A stretch of 64,000 nt of DNA from an uncultured Bacteriovoracaceae bacterium (GCA_964572865.1 CAZNGN010000009.1:4524-68523); one strand, 5' to 3'; shown: positions 50,554 through 60,956, counted from the stretch's first letter. The notes: generated by a model not told the origin, from the letters alone. Made by a program: numbers and translations.

Positions 50554-51377
50554 TTCAAACCATTTTCTTTCTATTCTCTTTTCTCATTCATATTCATAAT
50601 TCATTTGGCTGGGGAGCAACTGGGCACACGCTCATTACATCCGTTGCAATGAAATCAACATCAGATGAATTATTGAAAAACTGTAAAACAACAAGAGAAG
50701 AAATCATTGCCCATACAAATGATCCAGATGAAGTCTGGAAAACTCAAAGACTCAAACATCCCCACGAACCATCAGCACATTATTTTCATTTAGATCAAGC
50801 ACCGAGTAACTGGAAAGAGCTTTCAAACTCAACTGATCAAAAAAATGGTTTTTTGGTATATAGAATTGCAGACTATTTTGAAAAAGCTAAACTTGCTAAA
50901 AAAAATCAAAATTATGATGAATTAAAGCAATATTTATATGGCTTATCACATTACTTAGGAGATCTGTCACAACCTTTGCACGTACACCACGATCATGACG
51001 GAAAAGATAAAGGAATCAACGGCATTCATTCTCAATTTGAAACCAAAATGATCAATCGATACAAAGATGATTTGAATAAATTAGTTTCAAACAGCGCTGC
51101 TCAAAATATTTCTGAACAACTTTGGACCAACTTTCAGTATAAAGAATTAATTTTTAAACTTGCAGAACAAAATAGTTCTAAAGCAGATATATTACTAAAC
51201 AAAGCAAAAGCAGTGGTAGAAAATAACTCTGCTTCCAAATCAATAAAGAAAAAAAACAAACCTTCTCTCGTTTTTGTTAAGTCTAAACTTTGGGATCAAT
51301 TAAAAGAACTAACTATTGAGCAAATGAGTCAGTCTGCGGTGTTAATACATTATACTTTTGGTTTAATTTGCCGCTGA
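50550..51377 (+). CDS. S1/P1-family zinc nuclease (or zinc phospholipase C-like), secreted
   Basis: Mature N-terminus WGATGH, LGDLSQPLHVHHDHDG (the GDxHQPLH-type zinc site), signal peptide. Confidence 0.65.
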   Translation: MIQTIFFLFSFLIHIHNSFGWGATGHTLITSVAMKSTSDELLKNCKTTREEIIAHTNDPDEVWKTQRLKHPHEPSAHYFHLDQAPSNWKELSNSTDQKNGFLVYRIADYFEKAKLAKKNQNYDELKQYLYGLSHYLGDLSQPLHVHHDHDGKDKGINGIHSQFETKMINRYKDDLNKLVSNSAAQNISEQLWTNFQYKELIFKLAEQNSSKADILLNKAKAVVENNSASKSIKKKNKPSLVFVKSKLWDQLKELTIEQMSQSAVLIHYTFGLICR

Positions 51378-52297
51378 TTTTTATTTTGCTTACTTGCTGC
51401 CAACGGATGCGTACGATCATACTCTTCAGCTAGTTGTTTCAAATCTAAATGTGTATATTTTTGTGTAGTCGACAAACTGGAGTGGCCTAACAATTCTTGT
51501 ATCGCTCTTAAATTAGCTCCATTTGAAAGTAAGTGTGTTGCGTAAGAGTGCCGTAAGGTGTGCGGAGTTGCATGAGTTGATATTCCGCTTTTGATTAAAG
51601 TATCCTTCATAATTTTTTGAACAATTCGCTCTGAAAGACGATTTCCTTTTTGATTAGAAAAAACAAACTGATTCTCTATTTCTAATGTTTTATAATATTT
51701 TTTAATTTCTTTTATTAATAAATCTGTCATAGGAACAATTCTGTCTTTTGCTCCCTTACCTTTTTTTACAATTATTTGCCGAGAAGAATAATGAATATCA
51801 TTCCAAGTTAAATTACAAACTTCTGAAACGCGTAGACCGCAAGAATACATCAACTCTAACAACACTCGCTCGCGCACATGTTCGTCATCATTTAATGTAT
51901 TTACAAGAATGTCCGCTTCTTGTTCTGTTAACACCGCTGGAAGTTTTCTCTTAACCTTTGGTGTGGGAATTGCTTTGCTGGCATTTTTCGTTAGTACTTT
52001 TAATTCCTGTAAATATTCAAAAAAACTTCTGAGAGTCGAAAGCTTTCTCTGAATTGATGAGTTTGAAAGTTTTTTATCTGTTCCTAAATTTTCAGATAAT
52101 GCCAGCCGTATGTGATTTGTTGAAATCCCTTCAACCGAATTGATACCGTTTTTCTGAAAGCAGTTCTGCCACTGATGAAGATCAGAAATGTAGTTTTTAA
52201 CTGTAAGTGCTGCCGAGCCTTTTTCGACTCGTAAATACCTTTCAAAATCAGCAAGATAGGCTTTAAAAAGTCCTTCCATAAGAATATTGTAAGCCAA
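51350..52297 (-). CDS. Tyrosine site-specific recombinase XerC/XerD family
   Basis: R...HTLRHSYATHLL...LGHSSLSTTQKYTH catalytic boxes. 315 aa. Confidence 0.85.
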   Translation of the reverse strand: MAYNILMEGLFKAYLADFERYLRVEKGSAALTVKNYISDLHQWQNCFQKNGINSVEGISTNHIRLALSENLGTDKKLSNSSIQRKLSTLRSFFEYLQELKVLTKNASKAIPTPKVKRKLPAVLTEQEADILVNTLNDDEHVRERVLLELMYSCGLRVSEVCNLTWNDIHYSSRQIIVKKGKGAKDRIVPMTDLLIKEIKKYYKTLEIENQFVFSNQKGNRLSERIVQKIMKDTLIKSGISTHATPHTLRHSYATHLLSNGANLRAIQELLGHSSLSTTQKYTHLDLKQLAEEYDRTHPLAASKQNKNQRQIKPKV

Positions 52298-52314
52298 CTC
52301 AAGCTAAGGTAGAA

Positions 52315-53661
52315 GTGCTAACTATGAAAAAACCCGTGTTTGTGAATATTATTGGAGGAGGTCTTGCTGGCTCAGAAGCTGCCTATCAGCTGGCAATACG
52401 CGGAATCAATGTTCGCCTGTTTGAAATGAGACCATTGGTAAAATCTCCCGCTCACAAAACAGGTAATTTAGCAGAATTGGTTTGCAGTAATACTTTTAAA
52501 TCAGTGGCGCCGCACTCTGCACATGGAATATTCAAAAACGAACTTTTAACATTAAATTCACTAGTAATTTCAACTGCACCGCTAGCTCAAGTTCCAGCAG
52601 GTGAAGCCTTAGCTGTAGATCGAGAAATTTTTTCTAAAGAAATTGAAAAAAAATTACTAAATACAAATCGAGTTGAAAGACTATCATTGCAAGTCGATGA
52701 TATATCTCAACTACCTGAAGCTGATTTTTCAATCATTGCCACAGGTCCTCTCACGCAAGGCAAGCTTTTTGATACCATTCAATCTTTATCAGATGGAAAA
52801 GGTTTATATTTTTACGATGCGATTGCACCCATTTTAGATGCGGATACGATTGATCGCTCAATTGCATTTTCTGCTTCACGGTACGGTAAGGGTACGGATG
52901 ATTATTTAAACTGTCCGATGACCAAAGAAGAATATTTAACTTTTTACCACGCACTTCAATCTGCAGAAAAAGTTTCTTATAACGATTTTGAAACCGCTCA
53001 ACATTTTCAAGGTTGCCAACCAATTGAAGCAATTGCCGAAACAGGAATTGATTCTTTACGATTTGGTCCTATGAAACCAGTTGGGTTAACCGATCCTCGC
53101 AATGGCAAACGACCCTATGCCGTAGTTCAGTTGAGAATTGATGACATCAGTCGCTCCTCGTACAATATTGTAGGATTTCAAACTCGATTAAAATATCCAG
53201 AACAGAAAAAAGTTTTCTCACTCATACCTGGATTACAAAATGTAGAAATACTTCGTTTCGGATCAATGCATAGAAATACCTATATTTGCACTCCCACGTT
53301 TTTAGATAAATCTTTTTCTCTTAAAACTAACCGTAAAATCAAATTTGCAGGACAAATTACAGGAGTCGAAGGCTACACGGAGTCATCAGCAATTGGTTTA
53401 TTAACTGCGCTTGCGATTTATGCCGAAAGTAATGGTAACAATTTTACATTACCACCCAAAGATAGTTTTTTAGGAAGTCTTTGTACGTATTTATTTGAAT
53501 CTGATCCAAATCAATTTCAACCAATGAACACGCATTTTGGAATGATCGCAAACCCAACTCTAATTCAATCTACTAAGAAGTGTGACAAAAAAGAATTTCG
53601 AGCAAATTTAGGAAAGCAATTTGTTCAAAACATTAAATCTTGGTTCGAGCAATTTACGTAA
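52315..53661 (+). CDS. trmFO: Methylenetetrahydrofolate--tRNA-(uracil54-C5)-methyltransferase TrmFO
   Basis: N-terminal IIGGGLAGSEAA FAD-binding motif. 448 aa, Gid family. Confidence 0.88.
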   Translation: MLTMKKPVFVNIIGGGLAGSEAAYQLAIRGINVRLFEMRPLVKSPAHKTGNLAELVCSNTFKSVAPHSAHGIFKNELLTLNSLVISTAPLAQVPAGEALAVDREIFSKEIEKKLLNTNRVERLSLQVDDISQLPEADFSIIATGPLTQGKLFDTIQSLSDGKGLYFYDAIAPILDADTIDRSIAFSASRYGKGTDDYLNCPMTKEEYLTFYHALQSAEKVSYNDFETAQHFQGCQPIEAIAETGIDSLRFGPMKPVGLTDPRNGKRPYAVVQLRIDDISRSSYNIVGFQTRLKYPEQKKVFSLIPGLQNVEILRFGSMHRNTYICTPTFLDKSFSLKTNRKIKFAGQITGVEGYTESSAIGLLTALAIYAESNGNNFTLPPKDSFLGSLCTYLFESDPNQFQPMNTHFGMIANPTLIQSTKKCDKKEFRANLGKQFVQNIKSWFEQFT

Positions 53662-53662
53662 T

Positions 53663-54592
53663 ATGCTTCAGAAAAGTTCGGGGCCACTCTTAATTATTTT
53701 TTGTTGTTTTTTTTGGGCCAGTGATACTTTGTTTCGATTTCCACTTACTAAAAGCATTTCTGCAACCCAAATCGTTTTTTATGAGCATCTTCTTGCATTG
53801 GTGTTTTTATTTCCCACATTATTTTTGATTTTTAAAAATAAAAACTCCTTGAAAAAACCAGAATGGTTTTCGTTAATATTCATTGGTATTTTTGGTTCTG
53901 GTATAGCTACGATTTTTTTAACGAAATCATATCAATATATAAATCCTAGTGTCGCATTAATTTTACAAAAACTTCAGCCAATTATTTCAATCTCTTTTGC
54001 TGCATTGATATTAAAAGAAAAAATAACAATGTCACAAATCATTTGGGGAATCTTTGCACTATTGGGGGCATTTGTACTTGTACTACCAGAAATAAATTTA
54101 CATTCGACCTTGCAAACAAATCAAAATTCTCTCAAAGGAATTTTGTATTCAATTGCTGCAACTTCAATTTGGGGACTTTGCACCGTCTTTGGAAGATTTG
54201 TCAGTCAAAAGGTAGCTTTCCAACAATCAACCGCTTTACGATTTTTATTTGGATTTATCGGTGTGATGTTAGTTACACTGCTTGATTCTTCATCTTCATT
54301 TTCTAGTATTTTAAATATTCATAGTTTACTGAATATATCTTCACTAGCATCACTAGCATCACTAGCATATTTATCAATTGTGTCGGGTGTTATAGCTATG
54401 AATCTATATTATGCAGGTCTGTCGCGAACACCAGCGTCAAAAGCTGCGATACTTGAATTATCGATGCCAGTTTTTGCAATTATACTTAATTCTGTATTTT
54501 TAAATAAATTTCTCTCTTTCAATCAAATTATAGGTGCTATAATAATATTAATATCGATTTATAAAACGACTCAAACGAGGAATTTAAAATGA
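53663..54592 (+). CDS. EamA/DMT family transporter
   Basis: 10 TM helices with duplicated EamA halves. The track start at 53621 overlaps trmFO; the Met at 53663 is more likely. Confidence 0.6.
   Translation: MLQKSSGPLLIIFCCFFWASDTLFRFPLTKSISATQIVFYEHLLALVFLFPTLFLIFKNKNSLKKPEWFSLIFIGIFGSGIATIFLTKSYQYINPSVALILQKLQPIISISFAALILKEKITMSQIIWGIFALLGAFVLVLPEINLHSTLQTNQNSLKGILYSIAATSIWGLCTVFGRFVSQKVAFQQSTALRFLFGFIGVMLVTLLDSSSSFSSILNIHSLLNISSLASLASLAYLSIVSGVIAMNLYYAGLSRTPASKAAILELSMPVFAIILNSVFLNKFLSFNQIIGAIIILISIYKTTQTRNLK
54341..54367 (+). repeat. 3 x 9-bp perfect tandem repeat (TCACTAGCA)3 inside the EamA gene, in-frame (SLASLASLA)
   Basis: Direct reading. Confidence 0.8.
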
Positions 54593-55185
54593 AAAAATCA
54601 ACCATCTTATTAATGTCAATCATTGGCGTTATCGTTCTTGCTATTCTTTGGTTTATTGGAATCAATAATGGATTGGTTCAAAAAGAAGAAGCTGTAAAGT
54701 CTTCTTGGGGGCAAGTACAAAATGTTTATCAAAGACGTGCTGATTTAATTCCAAATCTAGTCAATACTGTAAAAGGTTATGCGCAACACGAGAAGTCTAC
54801 TTTAGAAGATGTCATTGCTGCAAGAAACCAAGCGGTTAAGGTTGATCCAAAAATTGCGCTAAGTGATCCTCAAAAATTTGAAGTTATGAAAAAAGCACAA
54901 GAATCTTTAAGCGGTGCTTTATCACGATTAATGGTTGTAGTAGAAAAATATCCAGAATTAAAAGCAAATGAAAATTTTCGAGATTTACAAGTACAACTAG
55001 AAGGTACTGAAAATAGAATTTCAGTTGAACGAAAACATTTTAATGAAAGTGTACAGACATTCAACACTGCCATCAGAATGTTTCCACAAACAATTGTAGC
55101 TGGTATGAAAGGATTAACTCCCAAGCCATATTTTGAAGCTACAGCTGGCGCTGATGTTGCCCCTAAAGTGGATTTTAATCAGTAA
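54589..55185 (+). CDS. lemA: LemA family protein
   Basis: N-terminal TM anchor followed by the LemA helical domain (WGQVQNVYQRRADLIPNLVNTVKGYA). Confidence 0.85.
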   Translation: MKKSTILLMSIIGVIVLAILWFIGINNGLVQKEEAVKSSWGQVQNVYQRRADLIPNLVNTVKGYAQHEKSTLEDVIAARNQAVKVDPKIALSDPQKFEVMKKAQESLSGALSRLMVVVEKYPELKANENFRDLQVQLEGTENRISVERKHFNESVQTFNTAIRMFPQTIVAGMKGLTPKPYFEATAGADVAPKVDFNQ

Positions 55186-55240
55186 TCATAGGTAAACTAT
55201 TCCGATTCTAAAAATTTAGAAATCATGTAACCTATATTAT

Positions 55241-56524
55241 ATGATTCTAACTTACATTTTTAGTTATCTTACCTTATTGCAAGCACAAGAAATACCTTGT
55301 GACAAAACAAAACTTTGTCTTAAACAAGTAACGGCTCCTAGAGTGGAAATGACAGCGCCCAGTGTTCCTTTTTTTAAAGTTGCACGGGGAACTTTTTGTA
55401 CGACTCCGCAAAAGACTTCAAAGGGGAGTTTAATTACAGCTTGTAGCAATGGAACAATTTATTTTTTAAATTCCACCACTGGAAAACCGTTAGCTCAGCC
55501 GAAACCAATTCGATTTAATTATGACAAAGAAATTTATACTGGTGATATTTCGTTAATTGAAGTTCCCAACTCGAATTCAAAAAAATTTGTTGCGGTAATG
55601 CAAAGTACTGGTGAAGTTGCAATTGTAAGTGATCTGGGCACAAAACAAACGATAGCAAACTTCGATGATGGCGCTTCGTATCCTGCCTTATTAAATGATC
55701 AAAACATTGTCATGAATGTAGGATTACAAAACACTGCAGCTATTTTAAACATCAATACTAAATCAATTAAAAATATACAGTATCCTAAAAGTTCGTATGG
55801 CGGAACCGCAACCACAATACAAACAAATTCTGGCGGAAAAGTTTTATTTACTGGCGATAATGGTAATTTAGAAATTTTTTCTGAAGATGGAACAAAGAAA
55901 TCTGTCACCGTTTCAAACAGTCCATTAAGTACAGCAAGTATATCTCCTGATAATAAAGTTTGGATTACAGATTCAAAAGGAAAACTTTATATTTATGATC
56001 CAAATACAGATACTAAAAAATATTTAGAATTAGATTTAGGTGAGTTTAATGCCATTCCTACAATGGATAAACGCTGTTCAACAATTGTATTTTTTAAAAA
56101 TGGAAATACTGCCCTTAATTTTGGCGAAAATGTTTATATTTATAGTAAAGAACACAAGCTTTTAAACGTATTTGATCGCAAGAAAACATTTGAATCCGTT
56201 ACTGACGCAGAATATCAGAAGGATCCCACACTTACTACTGGAGCACCGATGGGAGATCCTAAATTAATTACATTACCTACTGCGGATGAAGGTATCTGGA
56301 TCCCTTCGCATGGAAGTCATTATATTTTGAATTCTAACGGTGAAGTAATTGCTAGTTATGCTCAACCCAAACAAGATGACTTAAGTGCGGAAATGCTATC
56401 AACTCCTTCTAAAATCGAAAATGGTACTTTTACTTTGGGAATGTTTTATGGAGTTGAAAAGTTTAAATTGAGCAATGGAACTAGAACAATGAAATCATCT
56501 GTCTGGGGTACTTGCGGTAAATGA
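55241..56524 (+). CDS. Hypothetical secreted protein, possibly beta-propeller-like
   Basis: Signal peptide. Repeated G-x-(I/L)-Y/F-x-x-D/S-x-x-G-K segments. Confidence 0.4.
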   Translation: MILTYIFSYLTLLQAQEIPCDKTKLCLKQVTAPRVEMTAPSVPFFKVARGTFCTTPQKTSKGSLITACSNGTIYFLNSTTGKPLAQPKPIRFNYDKEIYTGDISLIEVPNSNSKKFVAVMQSTGEVAIVSDLGTKQTIANFDDGASYPALLNDQNIVMNVGLQNTAAILNINTKSIKNIQYPKSSYGGTATTIQTNSGGKVLFTGDNGNLEIFSEDGTKKSVTVSNSPLSTASISPDNKVWITDSKGKLYIYDPNTDTKKYLELDLGEFNAIPTMDKRCSTIVFFKNGNTALNFGENVYIYSKEHKLLNVFDRKKTFESVTDAEYQKDPTLTTGAPMGDPKLITLPTADEGIWIPSHGSHYILNSNGEVIASYAQPKQDDLSAEMLSTPSKIENGTFTLGMFYGVEKFKLSNGTRTMKSSVWGTCGK

Positions 56525-57325
56525 CTTTAAATAGTCTGTGCCATTCGATTTTGTTTGTAAGTATTTTTTTTCAATAATTTTTAAATCTAACGTAAAATGA
56601 TAGAGCATAAAATAAAACACTGAAACAAAACCGTGAAAGCCGTCTAGAAATCCTAATTTAAAAAAATAATGTCTGATGAAGAATTTTTTTGCATTTATAA
56701 TTGCAAAAAATAAATTACGAGCATTATTGGAATTCATTTTTTGATTTGCATCATGCTCGGTGTATTGATTTGTTTTTACAAACCATTCTGACAATGAGTT
56801 TACGTTAAAATGTTTATACCCATAGACAAAGGTATATACTGGGCCTTTAACTGAAACCGAGTGATGATATCCTCTTTCACAAGGATAATCCCATTTGTCT
56901 TTTTGAAACATTCTAATTTCTGCCGAACTGGGATTATAAATACCGTGCTTTAATTGTTTTCCTAAAAAATAAAAATAATTGGGAATTCGTACTCCTTCAA
57001 ATTGTAAATTATTTTCATTCTTTAAAAAATCTTCTAACTCTTGCAACATTCCTGCAGTAGGTCTCTCATCTGTATCAATGTATAAAATCCATTGTGATTG
57101 AGCGTTTTGTATTCCCAATTTACGATTTAAATCAAAGTTTCCATTATGTGGATTATTAGAAATTACTTTTACGCCTGATTTTCGTGCAAGCTCTGCCGTT
57201 TGATCTGAACTATTTTGATCGACAACAATGATTTCGTTTGCAATTTTTTTCCAAGGTTCAATCGTGCCTAAAATTCGATCTTCACAATTTTTTGAAGCGA
57301 TAACGACCGAAAGTGTTTGCCTCAT
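56495..57325 (-). CDS. Glycosyltransferase family 2
   Basis: LSVVIASKN...IIVVDQNSSDQT and IDTDE. Confidence 0.7.
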   Translation of the reverse strand: MRQTLSVVIASKNCEDRILGTIEPWKKIANEIIVVDQNSSDQTAELARKSGVKVISNNPHNGNFDLNRKLGIQNAQSQWILYIDTDERPTAGMLQELEDFLKNENNLQFEGVRIPNYFYFLGKQLKHGIYNPSSAEIRMFQKDKWDYPCERGYHHSVSVKGPVYTFVYGYKHFNVNSLSEWFVKTNQYTEHDANQKMNSNNARNLFFAIINAKKFFIRHYFFKLGFLDGFHGFVSVFYFMLYHFTLDLKIIEKKYLQTKSNGTDYLKSFTASTPDR

Positions 57326-57876
57326 TTGTTTCCTCTGATGGGAGTAACTTTTACAACACTTTTTAATAAATCTCGTAATGCTTCTCTTTGTCCGGCTGCT
57401 CGTAAATCGCCTAATCCCAAATCGTGTAATCCCATAGGAGAAACTTCAAGTCCGTAGTTTTTTAATAAATACGCCGCTGCGATTGCTGCTGTTCTGCGAT
57501 TTGCATCTTTAAATACGTGAGTAAGAACTAAATCAGCATATAAGTCAGTAGCTCCATCAATTATTTCTCCAGCCGCTGCGCGATCTTTTGCTTTCGTTAA
57601 AATTTCACGGCATTTGCTTACTGGATCTGACATTAATTGAAATGAATGTTGATTTCCTGTAGGAAGCGCGCAAACAGCAGCCCCTTCACGCCAAGGCTCA
57701 CCTAATTCACCACGCAAAACATTATTGATTCTACCAAGTTCAGCTGAATTTAAAAATGCATGACGATCAACCATGCTTTCTATAATTTCTAAAGCACGCT
57801 CAAAGCGCGTTCTCTCTAATTGTTTTTTTAAAAAATTAGGATTTTTAGGTGGCTTTAAATCATCATGTTCTGACAT
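57322..57876 (-). CDS. Fic/Doc-family protein with a degenerate motif HVFKDANRRT
   Basis: The HxFx(D)xNxR core of the Fic/Doc motif is present (closest to the Doc-type HxFx[DN]GNKR). 184 aa. The stop overlaps the start of the downstream GT2. Confidence 0.5.
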   Translation of the reverse strand: MSEHDDLKPPKNPNFLKKQLERTRFERALEIIESMVDRHAFLNSAELGRINNVLRGELGEPWREGAAVCALPTGNQHSFQLMSDPVSKCREILTKAKDRAAAGEIIDGATDLYADLVLTHVFKDANRRTAAIAAAYLLKNYGLEVSPMGLHDLGLGDLRAAGQREALRDLLKSVVKVTPIRGNK

Positions 57877-57915
57877 GAAAAAGTTGTAACACGAAATTGT
57901 TTGTTCGTCGTTGAG

Positions 57916-58209
57916 TTATTCGTCGTCTGGATCTTTTCGTACAGTACCACCAGAACGCTTCATTTCTTCATTATAAGCAGCTAAAACTTTATTTTCTAAC
58001 ATATCGCGAGTTTCTTTATTTAATGGATGAGCGATATCTTTGAATGCTCCGTCTTTTCGCTTTTTGGCAGGCATTGCAACAAATAAACCTGTATTGCCGT
58101 GAATTACTTTTAAATCACGCACTACAAAACAATTATCAATTACGATTGTCACATAAGCTTTTAACTTATCTTCATTTACTGGAAATATTTTAATTTCAGT
58201 AATTTGCAT
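57916..58209 (-). CDS. spoVG: Septation protein SpoVG
   Basis: I..I.I.PV...KLKA...I..D..FVV.D..VI.G..GLFVAMP...R.DG.F.DIAHP.N matches SpoVG throughout. 97 aa. Confidence 0.9.
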   Translation of the reverse strand: MQITEIKIFPVNEDKLKAYVTIVIDNCFVVRDLKVIHGNTGLFVAMPAKKRKDGAFKDIAHPLNKETRDMLENKVLAAYNEEMKRSGGTVRKDPDDE

Positions 58210-58296
58210 GCTGACTCTCCTTGCTGTCGCACTAGCAAAAACTGCTACTACCCACTGCTACTTCTAACTGCAACTACTCGAGTCACTACAACTTAA

Positions 58297-58325
58297 ATTA
58301 TATGTTGCAATATTATTTGATGCAA
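58297..58325 (-). promoter_or_regulatory. Sigma70-type promoter TTGCAT-17nt-TATAAT upstream of spoVG, with a palindrome in the spacer
   Basis: Minus strand: TTGCATcaaataatattgcaacaTATAAT. TTGCA...TGCAA forms an inverted repeat (possible operator). Confidence 0.5.
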
Positions 58326-58356
58326 CACTCTATACGGCAAAATTTACCTTACTTAA

Positions 58357-60927
58357 CTATTGAATACTCAATTCCCCATTTTTAGTATCTACTTTGATTG
58401 TACTCCCACTTGGGTATGTATTTTCAAGCAACTTAGACGCTAGTACGTTTTGAATCTGTCTTTGAATGAGTCTCTTCAATGGTCTTGCTCCAAAATCTGG
58501 ATCATAACCCTGTTCAGAGAGCCAATGAATTGCAGAGTCAGTTAACTCTAGCTTCAACTGTTTTTGTTCTAAAAGTTTTTGAAGGTTTTTTAATTGGATA
58601 TTCACAATATTTCGAATGTGTTGTTTTTCAAGACTGTGAAAAATCACAATATCATCAATACGATTTAAGAACTCAGGTTTAAAATAATTTCTTAAAACTG
58701 TTTGCACAACTTGTTCACGTTTTTTGTGATCTGTTTCAGCTAAAATTTCTTTGCTGCCCACATTGCTCGTCATGATAATAACTGTATTTGTAAAATCCAC
58801 CGTGCGACCTTGACCATCAGTCACACGACCGTCATCTAGAATTTGCAAAAAAACATTAAATACATCCGTGTGCGCTTTCTCAATCTCGTCTAATAGAATC
58901 ACACTATATGGTCTTCTGCGAACTGCTTCTGTTAATTGCCCACCTTCTTCGTATCCAACATAACCTGGAGGAGCTCCAATTAAGCGCGCAACTGTGTGTT
59001 TTTCCATATACTCAGACATATCAATTCGAATCATTGCATGTTCATCGTCAAACATGAACTCTGCTAATGCTTTTGCTGTTTCTGTTTTACCAACTCCTGT
59101 TGGTCCCAAAAACATAAACGATCCAATCGGTCTGTGTTGGTCTTGTAATCCTGCGCGTGATCTTCTGATTGCATTTGCTACTGCGATAATTCCCTCATCT
59201 TGGCCAACCACACGTTGATGTAATCGTTCTTCCATTTTAAGAAGTTTTTTCGATTCACCTTCTAACATTTTTGAAACAGGAACACCCGTCCACTTTGAAA
59301 CAACTTCTGCGATATGGTTTTCATCCACTTCTTGTTGAAGAAGTTTTCTTTCTTTTGATTTTGCAGTTTTTTCATCTAATTCTTTTTGTAATTGAATTAA
59401 AACGCCATATTTTAATTCAGCGGCTTTTGCTAAATCTCCTTTCTTCTCAGCTTGTTCCATCTCAAAGCGTTTTTGATCAATTTTGTTTTTAATTTCGCCC
59501 ACTGCATTCACTTCTTGTTTTTCACGCTGCCACTGAGTTTTTAGTGTAGTTGATTTTTCTCTAATCTGTGAAAGCTCCTGGTCAATTTTGTTAAGTCTTT
59601 CTTTTGACTTGTTGTCAGTTTCTTTTTTCAAAGCTTGTTTTTCAATTTCTAAAGTTAATATTTTTCTCTCAAGTACATCAATTTCTTCAGGCAATGAATC
59701 GAGTGCCATTCTTACACGTGAAGCCGCTTCATCCATTAAATCGATTGCTTTGTCTGGCAAAAATCGATCTGCAATATATCGATTCGAAAGATTTGCAGCC
59801 GCAATGATCGCACCGTCTTTAATATTTACTCCATGATGGATTTCATATTTTTCACGAAGTCCGCGCAATATTGAAATAGTATCTTCAACCGTTGGCTCTT
59901 TAACAAACACGGGTTGAAACCGTCTTTCTAACGCTGCATCTTTTTCAATCTTTTTATATTCATTTAAAGTAGTGGCACCAATACAGCGCAATTCGCCTCG
60001 TGCAAGCGCTGGCTTTAACATATTTGCGGCATCCATTGCTCCTTCAGAAGCACCCGCGCCAATTAAAGTGTGAATTTCGTCGATAAATAAAACCACTTCA
60101 CCAGCAGCATCTTGTACTGCTTTCAATACGGCCTTCAATCTTTCTTCAAATTCTCCACGGAACTTTGCGCCTGCTACAAGTGCGCCCAAGTCTAATGATA
60201 TTAGTTTTTTATTTTTTAATCCTTCGGGAACATCTCCTGAATTAATTCTTTGAGCCAATCCTTCTGCAATCGCAGTTTTTCCAACTCCTGGCTCTCCAAT
60301 TAAAACTGGGTTGTTTTTTGTTCTGCGAGATAAAACCTGAATGACACGTCTGACTTCTTCGTCACGTCCAATAACAGGATCCATTTTGCCTTTACCAGCA
60401 AGAGCGGTAAGATCTCTTCCGTATTTTTCAAGAGCGTTCATTTTTCCTTCTGGATTTTCATCTTGAACTCTTTGGTTTCCTCGAACTTTTGCTAAAACGT
60501 TTGATATTTTATCGCGACTGAATCCGTTTCTAAATAAAACATTATATGCTTCTTTTTCTTTAAATGCGGAACTTCCTACATAAGCCAACAAAAAATGCTC
60601 AGCACTCACAAATTCATCTTTGAGTTTGCGTGCTTCATCTTCTGCAGTAACCATTAGTTTATTAAATCCACCCGAAGGATATACTTTTCCTTCTTGTGAC
60701 CCCCCAGAAACACTCGGAAATTTTTGTAGAATTTTTTGCAAGCCTTCTATAATTGCTTGTGAGTTTGCGCCTGCTGACTTTGCAAGCTCTGGAATCATTC
60801 CGTCTTGTTGTTGAAAAAACGCTAATAAGAGGTGCTCAGGCTGTAATTCTTGATGATTATTACGAATCGCAATGTGTTGTGCCTCAACCAATGCCTCTTC
60901 AACTTTTGTGGTAAATTTAGCTGCCAT
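58357..60927 (-). CDS. clpB: Chaperone disaggregase ClpB
   Basis: Two AAA+ modules ([19 protein letters not shown]), a long middle coiled-coil and the ClpB N-domain. Start at MAAKF (60927). Confidence 0.95.
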   Translation of the reverse strand: MAAKFTTKVEEALVEAQHIAIRNNHQELQPEHLLLAFFQQQDGMIPELAKSAGANSQAIIEGLQKILQKFPSVSGGSQEGKVYPSGGFNKLMVTAEDEARKLKDEFVSAEHFLLAYVGSSAFKEKEAYNVLFRNGFSRDKISNVLAKVRGNQRVQDENPEGKMNALEKYGRDLTALAGKGKMDPVIGRDEEVRRVIQVLSRRTKNNPVLIGEPGVGKTAIAEGLAQRINSGDVPEGLKNKKLISLDLGALVAGAKFRGEFEERLKAVLKAVQDAAGEVVLFIDEIHTLIGAGASEGAMDAANMLKPALARGELRCIGATTLNEYKKIEKDAALERRFQPVFVKEPTVEDTISILRGLREKYEIHHGVNIKDGAIIAAANLSNRYIADRFLPDKAIDLMDEAASRVRMALDSLPEEIDVLERKILTLEIEKQALKKETDNKSKERLNKIDQELSQIREKSTTLKTQWQREKQEVNAVGEIKNKIDQKRFEMEQAEKKGDLAKAAELKYGVLIQLQKELDEKTAKSKERKLLQQEVDENHIAEVVSKWTGVPVSKMLEGESKKLLKMEERLHQRVVGQDEGIIAVANAIRRSRAGLQDQHRPIGSFMFLGPTGVGKTETAKALAEFMFDDEHAMIRIDMSEYMEKHTVARLIGAPPGYVGYEEGGQLTEAVRRRPYSVILLDEIEKAHTDVFNVFLQILDDGRVTDGQGRTVDFTNTVIIMTSNVGSKEILAETDHKKREQVVQTVLRNYFKPEFLNRIDDIVIFHSLEKQHIRNIVNIQLKNLQKLLEQKQLKLELTDSAIHWLSEQGYDPDFGARPLKRLIQRQIQNVLASKLLENTYPSGSTIKVDTKNGELSIQ

Positions 60928-60956
60928 ATAAAAGCCCATCCTCTCTTATTATTATA

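Noticed and set aside
51350-52297. Integrase marking a mobile element or genomic island
   Set aside because: The sequence has the XerC/XerD-type catalytic boxes and size. It is followed by housekeeping trmFO, with no flanking direct repeats, tRNA target or phage/transposon genes. It is more likely the chromosomal dimer-resolution recombinase.
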